Source: Candidatus Aenigmatarchaeota archaeon
GTDB taxonomy: Archaea > Aenigmatarchaeota > Aenigmatarchaeia > GW2011-AR5 > JAGGXF01
Assembly (NCBI GenBank): GCA_029932645.1
Contig: JAOZPR010000013.1
Location: forward strand, 1 to 18,764
Direction: 5' to 3'
DNA length: 18,764 nucleotides
Shown here piece after piece: positions 7,253 to 15,242 of this stretch. The notes under the pieces were generated by a model. The model worked only from the letters and a program-made list of their open reading frames with translations. It searched no databases and was not told the origin of the DNA. A program made the translations under genes and the position numbers. The number at the start of each line of letters is the position of its first letter. Position 1 is the stretch's first letter.

Positions 7253-7777
7253 TTATTCTAAGGGCGGAAGAAACTTGACTAGATTGTTTTCTTTGAAGAT
7301 TTTTATTTCTTTGAGCATCTTGTTTATAGATGTATATTCTTCATAAAGATCCATAATCTCTTTTCTTTCTAGGTAAGCGATATTTTTCTTTCCAACTTTT
7401 TTACCGCGTAATTCAGCTCTTTTTTGAGAGTAAACACTAAGTGCACCTAACATTTCAGATATCTTATTAAAATCTAATTCTATATCTTTAAGACATTTTT
7501 TAATTGATCGATTATTTAAATATTGAAAAAATCTATTTGAAAATAGGCCATTGTATTTTTTTTCTTTTAATTTTATTATATCATTTTTCGCTAAACGCAA
7601 ATAACAATTAATTAAAAGAATAGAAATGTCTTCTTTAGTAGCTAAGTATTCTGGAAGATCTAATACGTGTTCACTTTCAGAGTATGAGTTAAGCAGTTTA
7701 AAAGCATTTTTCCTCCCTTTTTCAATACCTTTTCTAATTAATGTAGAAATACCATTAGGTGAGGTATTCCTGTTCAT
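7253..7777 (-). CDS. AT-rich hypothetical protein
   Basis: Open frame; probable ATG at 7777, 1 nt after the upstream TAA. Very AT-rich (11/60 G+C at 7501-7560). No motif recognised. Confidence 0.6.
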   Translation of the reverse strand: MNRNTSPNGISTLIRKGIEKGRKNAFKLLNSYSESEHVLDLPEYLATKEDISILLINCYLRLAKNDIIKLKEKKYNGLFSNRFFQYLNNRSIKKCLKDIELDFNKISEMLGALSVYSQKRAELRGKKVGKKNIAYLERKEIMDLYEEYTSINKMLKEIKIFKENNLVKFLPPLE

Positions 7778-7778
7778 T

Positions 7779-8264
7779 TTACCCAGCCTCTTCTTCGTGC
7801 TCGCGAAGGCCGGCAAAGATACCGAGTTCTGTTTCTATGCGATTTAGTCGCTCTTCTGCGGTTCCCAGACCAGCGCCCAGTGTGCGTTTAACCTTGTTGA
7901 GATTATTTTCTACGTCCAGTATTTTTCTTGCGAGGTCCCTGTAGTTTGTGTCCATGTATCTTTCCCAGTCGCGCTTCTCGAAATCTAGCTTGGTGTTAAG
8001 AACGAAAACCTGTTTTTCGAAGTCACCTTTTATGTCAGCAAGACGGTTTGAAAAGTTTGATAATCGGTTGCTCATTATCTCTATAAGGTCTTTCTGGTTT
8101 TTTCTGGTTTCATCCAGTTTTGAGCCAAGCCACAGCTTTTGTACTATTATGATTATCAGTACCATCAGTATAGCTATGGAAAGAAGCCACGCAGACCTTG
8201 CTAGAAGCACCAAGGCCAGTACAATAATATTCAATATAATGGTAATTCTTTCATATGTTTCCAT
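7779..8264 (-). CDS. Hypothetical membrane protein with two N-terminal TM helices and a long coiled coil
   Basis: Two hydrophobic segments followed by a heptad-like charged helix. ATG at 8264; alternative GTG at 8273. Confidence 0.75.
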   Translation of the reverse strand: METYERITIILNIIVLALVLLARSAWLLSIAILMVLIIIIVQKLWLGSKLDETRKNQKDLIEIMSNRLSNFSNRLADIKGDFEKQVFVLNTKLDFEKRDWERYMDTNYRDLARKILDVENNLNKVKRTLGAGLGTAEERLNRIETELGIFAGLREHEEEAG

Positions 8265-8399
8265 AAAAACCACTTATCAAATCACTTTTTATCTGATGTC
8301 ACCTCATAGTTATAAAGATATTAATCTTTAAAAGGATTTTCAGCGGTTTTGCCGTAATGTTCTCGTAATTGTATGGTTCTGTCAGTTCTGTCATATATG

Positions 8400-8429
8400 T
8401 TTATAAAGCTTTCATGAATTATAATTCAT
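8400..8429 (+). promoter_or_regulatory. TATA box plus perfect palindromic ArsR/SmtB-type operator
   Basis: TTTATAAA at 8400-8407. ATGAATTATAATTCAT at 8414-8429 is a perfect 16-bp palindrome (TGAA-N6-TTCA) abutting the arsR ATG. Confidence 0.75.
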
Positions 8430-8750
8430 ATGAAAACCAAGACATATAAGGAATATTCATATAAATCATATAATAGATTTTTTATGCATTTTGCCAACAA
8501 GACGAAGATGGACATAATCATGTCTCTGCGTAGCAGGCCGATGAGCGTGACAGAGATTGTTAGAAAAGTTGGCAGGGAGCAGAGCACAGTTTCTCACGAT
8601 TTAAGAAGGCTGAGCAGGTGCCACATTTTGCATGTTAAACAGAAGGGAAAACAGAGGATATATTCACTAAACAAGAAAACCGTTGTCCCGATACTAGAAA
8701 CAGTTGAGAAACACGTCAGAAAGAATTGTCCACGGGGGTGTAATTTATGA
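8430..8750 (+). CDS. ArsR/SmtB-family transcriptional regulator
   Basis: FANKTKMDII...PMSVTEIV...QSTVSHDLRRL...KQKGKQRIYSL wHTH; C-terminal H..CPRGC. Confidence 0.9.
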   Translation: MKTKTYKEYSYKSYNRFFMHFANKTKMDIIMSLRSRPMSVTEIVRKVGREQSTVSHDLRRLSRCHILHVKQKGKQRIYSLNKKTVVPILETVEKHVRKNCPRGCNL

Positions 8751-9931
8751 ATGCAAGCGAAATATATCTAGATAGCGGAGCTTCGACTAGGATTGATCCA
8801 AAGGTATTTGAGCTCATGAAACCGTATTTTCTCGAAAAATACGGTAATGCGTCTTCCACGCATGGCTTTGGCCGGGATGCAAAGGAAGCCTTGGAAAGAG
8901 CAAGAGCAGACATAGCCAAATCAATAGGCGCAAAGCCCAGTGAGATTGTATTTACTTCTGGAGGCACAGAATCGAACAATTTCGCCATAAAGTCAGTTGC
9001 CTTTACCAATAGGGAGAAAGGCAATCATATTATAACGACAAAAATAGAACACAAATGCATTCTAAACAGTTGCAAGTGGCTCGCGTCGCAAGGCTTTGAG
9101 GTCACGCATCTTGATGTTGATGAAGAAGGTTTTGTTAGCGCGGAAGACTTAGAAAAAGCCATCACAGACCGAACCATTTTAGTTTCAATAATACATGGAA
9201 ACAACGAGATTGGAACTATACAAGACCTCGCTGCTATTGGCAAGATTTGCAAGAGCCGTGGCGTGTATTTCCATACAGATGCGTGTCAAAGTTATACGAA
9301 AACAGAGCTTGATGTAAATAAGCAAAAGCTTGATCTGGTGACATTAAACTCGCATAAAATACATGGGCCAAAGGGGGTCGGCGCCTTGTATATAAGAGAG
9401 GGCACCGAGATAAAGGCCTGGCAACATGGTGGAGGACATGAACATGGCATGAGAAGCGGCACAGAAAATATCCATGGAATCGTCGGTTTTGCAGAGGCTG
9501 TAAAGATTGGTATGGATAAGAGGCACGTTGAGCATATGACGAAATTAAGAGACAAATTAATTGAAGGTGTGCTTCAAATACCTGATTCGCGCCTCAATGG
9601 CCCGCGTGGCGACAAGAGACTGTGCAACAATGCAAACTTCTCCTTCAAAAAAGTTGAGGCAGAGGGAATTGGCGGTTATCTCGACCAAAAAGGCGTCTGC
9701 TCATCAACAGGCTCTGCCTGTTCTGAAAAAGACACGGGACCGAGTTATGTATTGAAAGCAATAGGCGTGCCTGCCGATTACATTAATGGAAGCGTAAGAT
9801 TAACGCTAAGCAGATTCAACACAGAAGAAGAGATTGATTATGTCATTAAAGTCATGCCTGAGATAATCAAAAGTCTGAGAAGGGGCTCGGTGTTTGACAA
9901 GGTTATAGATTTGGTTAAAAAAATTCAATAA
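8747..9931 (+). CDS. iscS: Cysteine desulfurase, class I (IscS/NifS)
   Basis: IYLDSGAST, YGNASSTH, IVFTSGGTESNN, HTDACQS, PLP lysine in SHKIHGPKG, catalytic STGSAC. ATGA-style overlap with arsR. Confidence 0.93.
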   Translation: MNASEIYLDSGASTRIDPKVFELMKPYFLEKYGNASSTHGFGRDAKEALERARADIAKSIGAKPSEIVFTSGGTESNNFAIKSVAFTNREKGNHIITTKIEHKCILNSCKWLASQGFEVTHLDVDEEGFVSAEDLEKAITDRTILVSIIHGNNEIGTIQDLAAIGKICKSRGVYFHTDACQSYTKTELDVNKQKLDLVTLNSHKIHGPKGVGALYIREGTEIKAWQHGGGHEHGMRSGTENIHGIVGFAEAVKIGMDKRHVEHMTKLRDKLIEGVLQIPDSRLNGPRGDKRLCNNANFSFKKVEAEGIGGYLDQKGVCSSTGSACSEKDTGPSYVLKAIGVPADYINGSVRLTLSRFNTEEEIDYVIKVMPEIIKSLRRGSVFDKVIDLVKKIQ

Positions 9932-9946
9932 AATCAAGGTGATGAC

Positions 9947-10177
9947 ATGGCAGAAAAAATTACAAAAGATACCGTATTAGCAAATCTTTTCGACGACCCC
10001 GAAGCGGTCAAGATACTCGAACGGTACAACCTACCGTGTCTGCATTGTCCGATGGCGCAGCTGGAAGTCGGCGCTTTGAAACTTGGTGAGGTCTGCAGCG
10101 TTTATGGTATAGATATTGATAAGCTGTTGGAAGAATTGAACAAAATCAAAGAAGGCAAGCAAGAAAATGAGAAATAA
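9947..10177 (+). CDS. DUF1858-like small CxxC protein (hybrid-cluster-associated redox domain)
   Basis: ITKDTVLA...PEAVKILERYNLPCLHCPMAQLE...VCSVYGIDIDKLLEELN; AGGTGAT RBS. Confidence 0.82.
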   Translation: MAEKITKDTVLANLFDDPEAVKILERYNLPCLHCPMAQLEVGALKLGEVCSVYGIDIDKLLEELNKIKEGKQENEK

Positions 10178-10206
10178 ATAATAAAATAAAAAAACAAGAG
10201 GTCAGT

Positions 10207-11283
10207 TTAACACTGACCACTACCGCCACGTGCCTCTGATAGTTTCTTGTCGCATCCAGCCAATCCTGGATTGTGCTGGCAAAAGTTCTTCTGTATCGTT
10301 GTCGGATCTAGTCCGCTGAACTTGAACCTGTTGTTTACAAGCCACGACGGGCTTGCGCTTATACCCAGTTCATTGGAAAGTTTGATTCTACCCCTGAGCA
10401 ATTCCTTTCCTTCATCACCCTCAAAACAGGTCTTGATTTTTTCTGTGTCCATGCTAACGTTTTTTGTACAGCTTTCCCAGATATCAGCAGCTTTTGTATA
10501 ATCTTTGTTTATACACCAGACATAATCCATGTATGTGTCTGGGTAATACTTCATTACACAGGCTTGCCTGATATCTTCGTCAACCTCTTTTTGGCCGTGA
10601 AGACTTCTGAACGTACCGTCTCCCTGGTCATCAGCAATGAAATGCAGTTCAAACACCATGTCTTTACCAAATGCGTCCAGAACCTCTTCCATGGCATTAT
10701 CAGCCATGGTACCATAAGGGCACATGCTCATCACAAACAAGTCCAGTTTCTTTGGTATCTCTTCTCTGCATTCCAACGAATTAGCACAATCTTCATCATC
10801 GCAGTCTATCAGTTTGTCACCGTCATCATCCTTGCCATCAGCACACTCACTTTCTTTTGTCGGGTCATAAAAAGCGCCGGCTGCTGCCGGAATTATATAA
10901 TAATAATTTTCTTCCTCTTTCAACGCACCTTTAATATTCGTGAAGTTGCTCTCGTTCTCAACAGCTGTGTTAAAGATGTAAGCAGGCAAAAGACCAATGC
11001 CCAAATCATCAACCAGTTTTTTACCTTGCGCGCTTTCATATTCCAGTTCTTTTATTTTTATACCAGAAAAGAGTTTTTCTGTAATCTCTACTATTCTTGT
11101 TGTGTCACAAGTGTCACAGTTCTTGCTTGTGACCACAGTCATCTCAAGCTGGCCAGAGGTCCCCAAAGCACCAGAGCCAGGAGAATATTCCCTGCCAAGC
11201 AAAAAACCAGCAAAAAAAACAATCGCTACTAAGGCTATGATTTTTACCGTCGATTTCTTTATTTTTATGGTTTCCTTTGTCAT
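10207..11283 (-). CDS. Membrane-anchored, Cys-rich DsbA/GILT-like thioredoxin-fold protein
   Basis: N-terminal TM helix; CDTC with LPAY; CADGKDDDGDKLIDCDDEDC repeat; LDLFVMSMCPYG; SLHGQKEVDEDIRQAC; GISASPSWLVN (cis-Pro loop). Confidence 0.8.
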   Translation of the reverse strand: MTKETIKIKKSTVKIIALVAIVFFAGFLLGREYSPGSGALGTSGQLEMTVVTSKNCDTCDTTRIVEITEKLFSGIKIKELEYESAQGKKLVDDLGIGLLPAYIFNTAVENESNFTNIKGALKEEENYYYIIPAAAGAFYDPTKESECADGKDDDGDKLIDCDDEDCANSLECREEIPKKLDLFVMSMCPYGTMADNAMEEVLDAFGKDMVFELHFIADDQGDGTFRSLHGQKEVDEDIRQACVMKYYPDTYMDYVWCINKDYTKAADIWESCTKNVSMDTEKIKTCFEGDEGKELLRGRIKLSNELGISASPSWLVNNRFKFSGLDPTTIQKNFCQHNPGLAGCDKKLSEARGGSGQC

Positions 11284-11331
11284 ATGCACACCCCAAATTT
11301 GATTTATTGATTTGACTATAGATTATATCTT

Positions 11332-11817
11332 TTATTTCAGTTTATCATCATATTTACCTTGGTCAACCTCTTTTATTACCTCTTTCGGATCCTTACCATC
11401 TACTGTTACTCCGGCACTAACGCACGTGCCAAGGACCTGTTTGACCTGTGACTTTATATTACTACCAAGAACGTCCTCCTTGGCTTTTGCGATTTTAACT
11501 ACAGCATCAAAAGCTAGGCTGCCCGGCTTAGTCAGGTTTTTGTCTTCATCAACTGTTGCGAGCTTTGTCACACCCAGTTCCTTCTTAAGCATGGCAGAAA
11601 CAGGCGGTGTCCCGACAACGACATCAAATTCTTTGGTTTCCGGGTCGACTATAACCTTAACAGGCACTTGCATGCCTTCAAACGATTTTGTCTTTTCATT
11701 GATTTTTTTAATGACATCGGCAATATTAACTTTCATGGGTCCCAGTGCAGGGCCAAGCGGCGGACCAGCACTTGCTTTACCACCTTCTACCAATGCTTCT
11801 ATTGTTTGTCTTCCCAT
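11332..11817 (-). CDS. rpl11: 50S ribosomal protein L11
   Basis: GGKASAGPPLGPALGP, INEKTKSFEGMQVPVKV, VGTPPVSAMLKKELG, VLGTCVSAGVTV. Probable ATG at 11817 after AGGTGG. Confidence 0.97.
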   Translation of the reverse strand: MGRQTIEALVEGGKASAGPPLGPALGPMKVNIADVIKKINEKTKSFEGMQVPVKVIVDPETKEFDVVVGTPPVSAMLKKELGVTKLATVDEDKNLTKPGSLAFDAVVKIAKAKEDVLGSNIKSQVKQVLGTCVSAGVTVDGKDPKEVIKEVDQGKYDDKLK

Positions 11818-11906
11818 TATTATTCCACCTGTTTTATTCACCTACTGCCTTCATAAAAAATATTTACAACATATCACAAGATATTATTGATACAACGCAG
11901 TATTGA

Positions 11907-12365
11907 TTATAATTCTGGTTCTTTTTCCTCCTTCTTTTTTTCATGTATTCTGACAGAATTCAGAGATATGGTAACTGGTATAGGTATGGCAGCTTCCAAA
12001 AGTTCTATCGTGATTTCGCTTTTGGCAGTCTCTACGCGGGTAACCTTGCCTTTTTCACCCCTAAAAGGACCGATTATTATTTCTACAACATCACCGACAT
12101 CTACTCCAATTTCCTGCTTTTCCGGAACTATGAACTTTTCTATATCTTTCATAGCAACCTCTTGGTTGATAATTCCCCTGACATGCGGCACACTTTTTAT
12201 AGCATGTTCTATAGCAGCCAGTTCTCCTTCTATGAATATATATCCCCGCAGTTCTTCTGGGTGCACAAGTGACTTCACTGGGATGTTTTCATTCTTTATC
12301 TTGGTTCTGAGAGATTCTATGACTATATTTTCTCGTCCTGTTGTTGTTCTGACAGTCAGAATCAT
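11907..12365 (-). CDS. spt5: Transcription elongation factor Spt5/NusG
   Basis: VRTTTGREN, LRGYIFIE, IKSVPHVRG (NGN domain); VGDVVEIIIGPFRGEKGKV (KOW). Confidence 0.96.
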   Translation of the reverse strand: MILTVRTTTGRENIVIESLRTKIKNENIPVKSLVHPEELRGYIFIEGELAAIEHAIKSVPHVRGIINQEVAMKDIEKFIVPEKQEIGVDVGDVVEIIIGPFRGEKGKVTRVETAKSEITIELLEAAIPIPVTISLNSVRIHEKKKEEKEPEL

Positions 12366-12536
12366 TTAAAAGCCTCCAACAAGCTGGAAAAGCATAAAGA
12401 TGATAAACCCAACAAGCCCGATGATAATCATACCTATGGCTGTTACTTTTAACGAGGCCCTGAACACGTCTTTGTCAGGCTTGCTGGCAACGAGCAGAAC
12501 CCGTTTGCACTGCTTAATAAAGTTTTTGATATTCAT
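12366..12536 (-). CDS. secE: Protein translocase subunit SecE/Sec61-gamma
   Basis: Manual translation MNIKNFIKQCKRVLLVASKPDKDVFRASLKVTAIGMIIIGLVGFIIFMLFQLVGGF* (56 aa, not in the ORF track). Conserved position between ftsZ and spt5. Confidence 0.93.
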   Translation of the reverse strand: MNIKNFIKQCKRVLLVASKPDKDVFRASLKVTAIGMIIIGLVGFIIFMLFQLVGGF

Positions 12537-12624
12537 ACTTTTTTATTCACCAGAAAGACTTAAAAACGCTTTTCCGACACCATTTCAATAGCTAAAAAAG
12601 AGTAAAAATGGAAAAACGAAGGAA

Positions 12625-13704
12625 TCAGTCCACAAAATCTATTCCGAGAACCTTTTCTATTTCCCTCTTCTTTTCCTTCGAGAACTTTTTCTCTGGACCA
12701 TATATCTGAGGAGACGAAACACCAGTGACTATTAACATGGCTCTAATTGTGTCGCCGAGTTCTTTCATCACCTGTGCACCCCAGATTATCTTTGCATCTG
12801 GGTTCAGCCGTGATGAGACCGCCTCAACGATTTCTTGGCATTCTTTTATTGTTATGTCTGCACCGCCAGATATGTTTATCAGCGCACCTCTTGCACCGTC
12901 TATGTCCACATCAAGCAGTGGGTTGTTCAACGCGCGTTCAACCGCTTCTATTGCTCTATTTTCAGTGTCAGAATCACCCAGACCAATCATAGCCAGGCCG
13001 CCGCCATCCATAACAGCACGTATATCTGCAAAGTCCAGGTTGACCAGACCAGGTCTTGTTACCAGTTCTGCTATTCCTTTAACAGCATTTACCAGAACCT
13101 CGTCTGCAACCTTAAAAGCAGTTGTGAGAGAAACATCCGGCACAATCTCAAGCAGCTTGTCATTAGGTATAACAATCAATGTATCGACGATGGTTTCAAG
13201 TTTCTCAAGCCCCTCTTGAGCGTTTTTCAGCCTTTGTTTTCCTTCCATTGCAAATGGCAAAGTAACTATACCAACTGTTAAGGAGCCAAGTTTCTTGGCT
13301 ATGTCAGCAATTATCGGAGCAGAACCAGTTCCTGTACCACCACCAAGCCCGCATGTGATAAAGACCATGTCAGAACCCTGTAAAGATTTTTTAAGTTCAT
13401 TCCTGCTTTCTTTGGCAGCTTCTTCACCTATTCTTGGATCAGCACCAGCGCCAAGACCAGATGTAATCTCCTTTCCTATTAAAACCTTGAGATCAGCATC
13501 TGTGTAAAGCAAATCTTGAGCATCAGTGTTTATGGCAACAGCCTCAGCACCAACAATACCGACCTGCATAAGCCTTGATATTGTATTATTTCCGGCACCG
13601 CCAGTACCAACAACCCTTATTTCTGCTCTTCTATTTTCCAATATCTTTTTCAAGTCCTCATCTACGACACTGTCTTTCTTACTTTTTGAAATTGCTCCAG
13701 CCAT
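12625..13704 (-). CDS. ftsZ: Cell division protein FtsZ
   Basis: VVGTGGAGNN, NTDAQDL, GLGAGADP, tubulin signature GLGGGTGTG, LVNLDFADIR; GGTGAT RBS. Confidence 0.98.
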   Translation of the reverse strand: MAGAISKSKKDSVVDEDLKKILENRRAEIRVVGTGGAGNNTISRLMQVGIVGAEAVAINTDAQDLLYTDADLKVLIGKEITSGLGAGADPRIGEEAAKESRNELKKSLQGSDMVFITCGLGGGTGTGSAPIIADIAKKLGSLTVGIVTLPFAMEGKQRLKNAQEGLEKLETIVDTLIVIPNDKLLEIVPDVSLTTAFKVADEVLVNAVKGIAELVTRPGLVNLDFADIRAVMDGGGLAMIGLGDSDTENRAIEAVERALNNPLLDVDIDGARGALINISGGADITIKECQEIVEAVSSRLNPDAKIIWGAQVMKELGDTIRAMLIVTGVSSPQIYGPEKKFSKEKKREIEKVLGIDFVD

Positions 13705-13812
13705 AATTAATCACCACGCCCAATAATATTGAATACAGACAACAAATATCAAATAATTAATCTTTTTAAAATATTTAAATCTATAAAGCCGACTAAGGCT
13801 GTTATACCCCTC

Positions 13813-14490
13813 TTAAGCTTTACCCGAATCTGTCTTTTTCTTTTCAAATGTTTCAACAAACACGATTTTTTTGACATTTCTCACGTGTTTTTTAATAACG
13901 TCAGCGACACGCGCCTTGAGTTCTGGCCTTGGAAAGCCCTTACTAAAGTCCACATCTATATTAACAGCGTTTTCCTTAAGTGAGACACTTTTAGCTGGAA
14001 AGCCAAAAAATTCTATAACAGCCTCCACCTGTTCTTTCTCGTCTGTTATCTGTTTTTTTATTTCTATTTCATATTCTAAGTCCTTGCCAGCTAAAGGATG
14101 GTTGAAGTCCACACGCACACGGCCAGCGCTCGCAGATTGTATTCTGCCTTTGGTACCGGAAAAATCAACGATTATGCCTGGTCTTGGCTTGAAGTTCTGT
14201 TTTTTGAATGCGCTCTCTGGTACAACCTTTACCAGCTCCTTCTTGCGCTGGCCAAAGGCCCTGTCAGCAGGTATCGTTACCTTTTTCTTTTCGCCGGGCT
14301 TCATTTTTTCCAGCTCTTCATCCAAACCAGGGATTACAAACCCAGCTCCGATTATCACAGGAACAGGTTTGTATTTTATTTTCGGGTTGAATATCTTTTC
14401 CTTTTTGGCGACATCTTCTTCTGTCAGGTCAAATATTTCGTCACCAACCCTTCCAATATAAGATATGCGAACAAAATCACCTTTCTGCAT
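13813..14490 (-). CDS. slyD: FKBP-type peptidyl-prolyl isomerase (long archaeal SlyD type)
   Basis: MQKGDFVRISYIG, VIPGLDEEL, AFGQR, VRVDFNHPLAGKDL. ATG at 14490 after GGTGAT (the ORF extends to 14565). Confidence 0.92.
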   Translation of the reverse strand: MQKGDFVRISYIGRVGDEIFDLTEEDVAKKEKIFNPKIKYKPVPVIIGAGFVIPGLDEELEKMKPGEKKKVTIPADRAFGQRKKELVKVVPESAFKKQNFKPRPGIIVDFSGTKGRIQSASAGRVRVDFNHPLAGKDLEYEIEIKKQITDEKEQVEAVIEFFGFPAKSVSLKENAVNIDVDFSKGFPRPELKARVADVIKKHVRNVKKIVFVETFEKKKTDSGKA

Positions 14491-14600
14491 TTTATCACCA
14501 CTCGTACAAATAAAATAACTTGTACAAATAGCTTGGAGAAAATCTTTATAAAATGTTCGCATCACAGCCTCTTTTATTTTTTTATGTTCATAAAGTCATC

Positions 14601-14816
14601 ATGAAAGCAGCAACTATAGATGCGATACAGATAATTATCATATGCATATTCATATTATTCATAGTTATAAACCAGGTCAACCCGGCCATGTCTGTGATAA
14701 CACAAAAGGACATAGAAAGGGCAAACCTGTCTCAGGCAATCGAAAACATTTCTCATGAAGAACACGAAGAAGACTCGGAACCAGTAATAACCCCGACATT
14801 CATTTTCTGGCGCTGA
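14601..14816 (+). CDS. Small single-pass membrane hypothetical protein
   Basis: MKAATIDAIQIIIICIFILFIVINQ..., a TM helix then an acidic tail. A TTTATAAA box lies upstream at 14545-14552. Confidence 0.5.
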   Translation: MKAATIDAIQIIIICIFILFIVINQVNPAMSVITQKDIERANLSQAIENISHEEHEEDSEPVITPTFIFWR

Positions 14817-14934
14817 TCAGTGGCAGACCAATGATTTTATAAAGTTTCATTACTTATGAGTAATTCGTAATATAATAACTAATTTGTGAGTAATTTGCGT
14901 AATAACATGAATTTGAGGCAAGGGAGCAAGGGGG

Positions 14935-15219
14935 ATGTGGATGTTATTCAAAAATGAAAAAAACTGGAAGGCTTTTCTGTCTTTGTCTGATGAGGCTGCG
15001 CTTGACAAAGTCTTAGAAAGGACAGCCATACACCGGCCTGCATACAAGAACGCAGAAGATGTTAAGACCGCTCAGCTATGGTGTGCTCTAATCGAGATGA
15101 TGAAATATCAGGAGCGGCTCAACAAGCGGCTGGCACGAATAGAAAAACTTCTTGACGGTTTATTCGAGAAAGAAAGACAGGAAAAGCAAAAGCTCATAGA
15201 CAGCCTTAGAAAGTTTTAG
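14935..15219 (+). CDS. Hypothetical helical/coiled-coil protein
   Basis: 94-aa ORF with a G-rich RBS; HRPAYKNAEDVKTAQLWCAL followed by a coiled coil. The start may be 14941. Confidence 0.75.
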   Translation: MWMLFKNEKNWKAFLSLSDEAALDKVLERTAIHRPAYKNAEDVKTAQLWCALIEMMKYQERLNKRLARIEKLLDGLFEKERQEKQKLIDSLRKF

Positions 15220-15242
15220 TTAAGGGTTTATTTTCTTTTGGT

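Noticed and set aside
7253..11289. Insert as a provirus, IS element or known defence island
   Set aside because: No integrase, transposase, terminal repeats or recognisable nuclease/ATPase motifs.
12400..12591. 63-aa plus-strand ORF
   Set aside because: Antisense to the real secE gene (12366..12536, minus strand).
14850..15047. 65-aa minus-strand ORF with ITHK repeats
   Set aside because: Antisense to the 14935 gene; the peptide repeats merely reflect the DNA repeats in the promoter.
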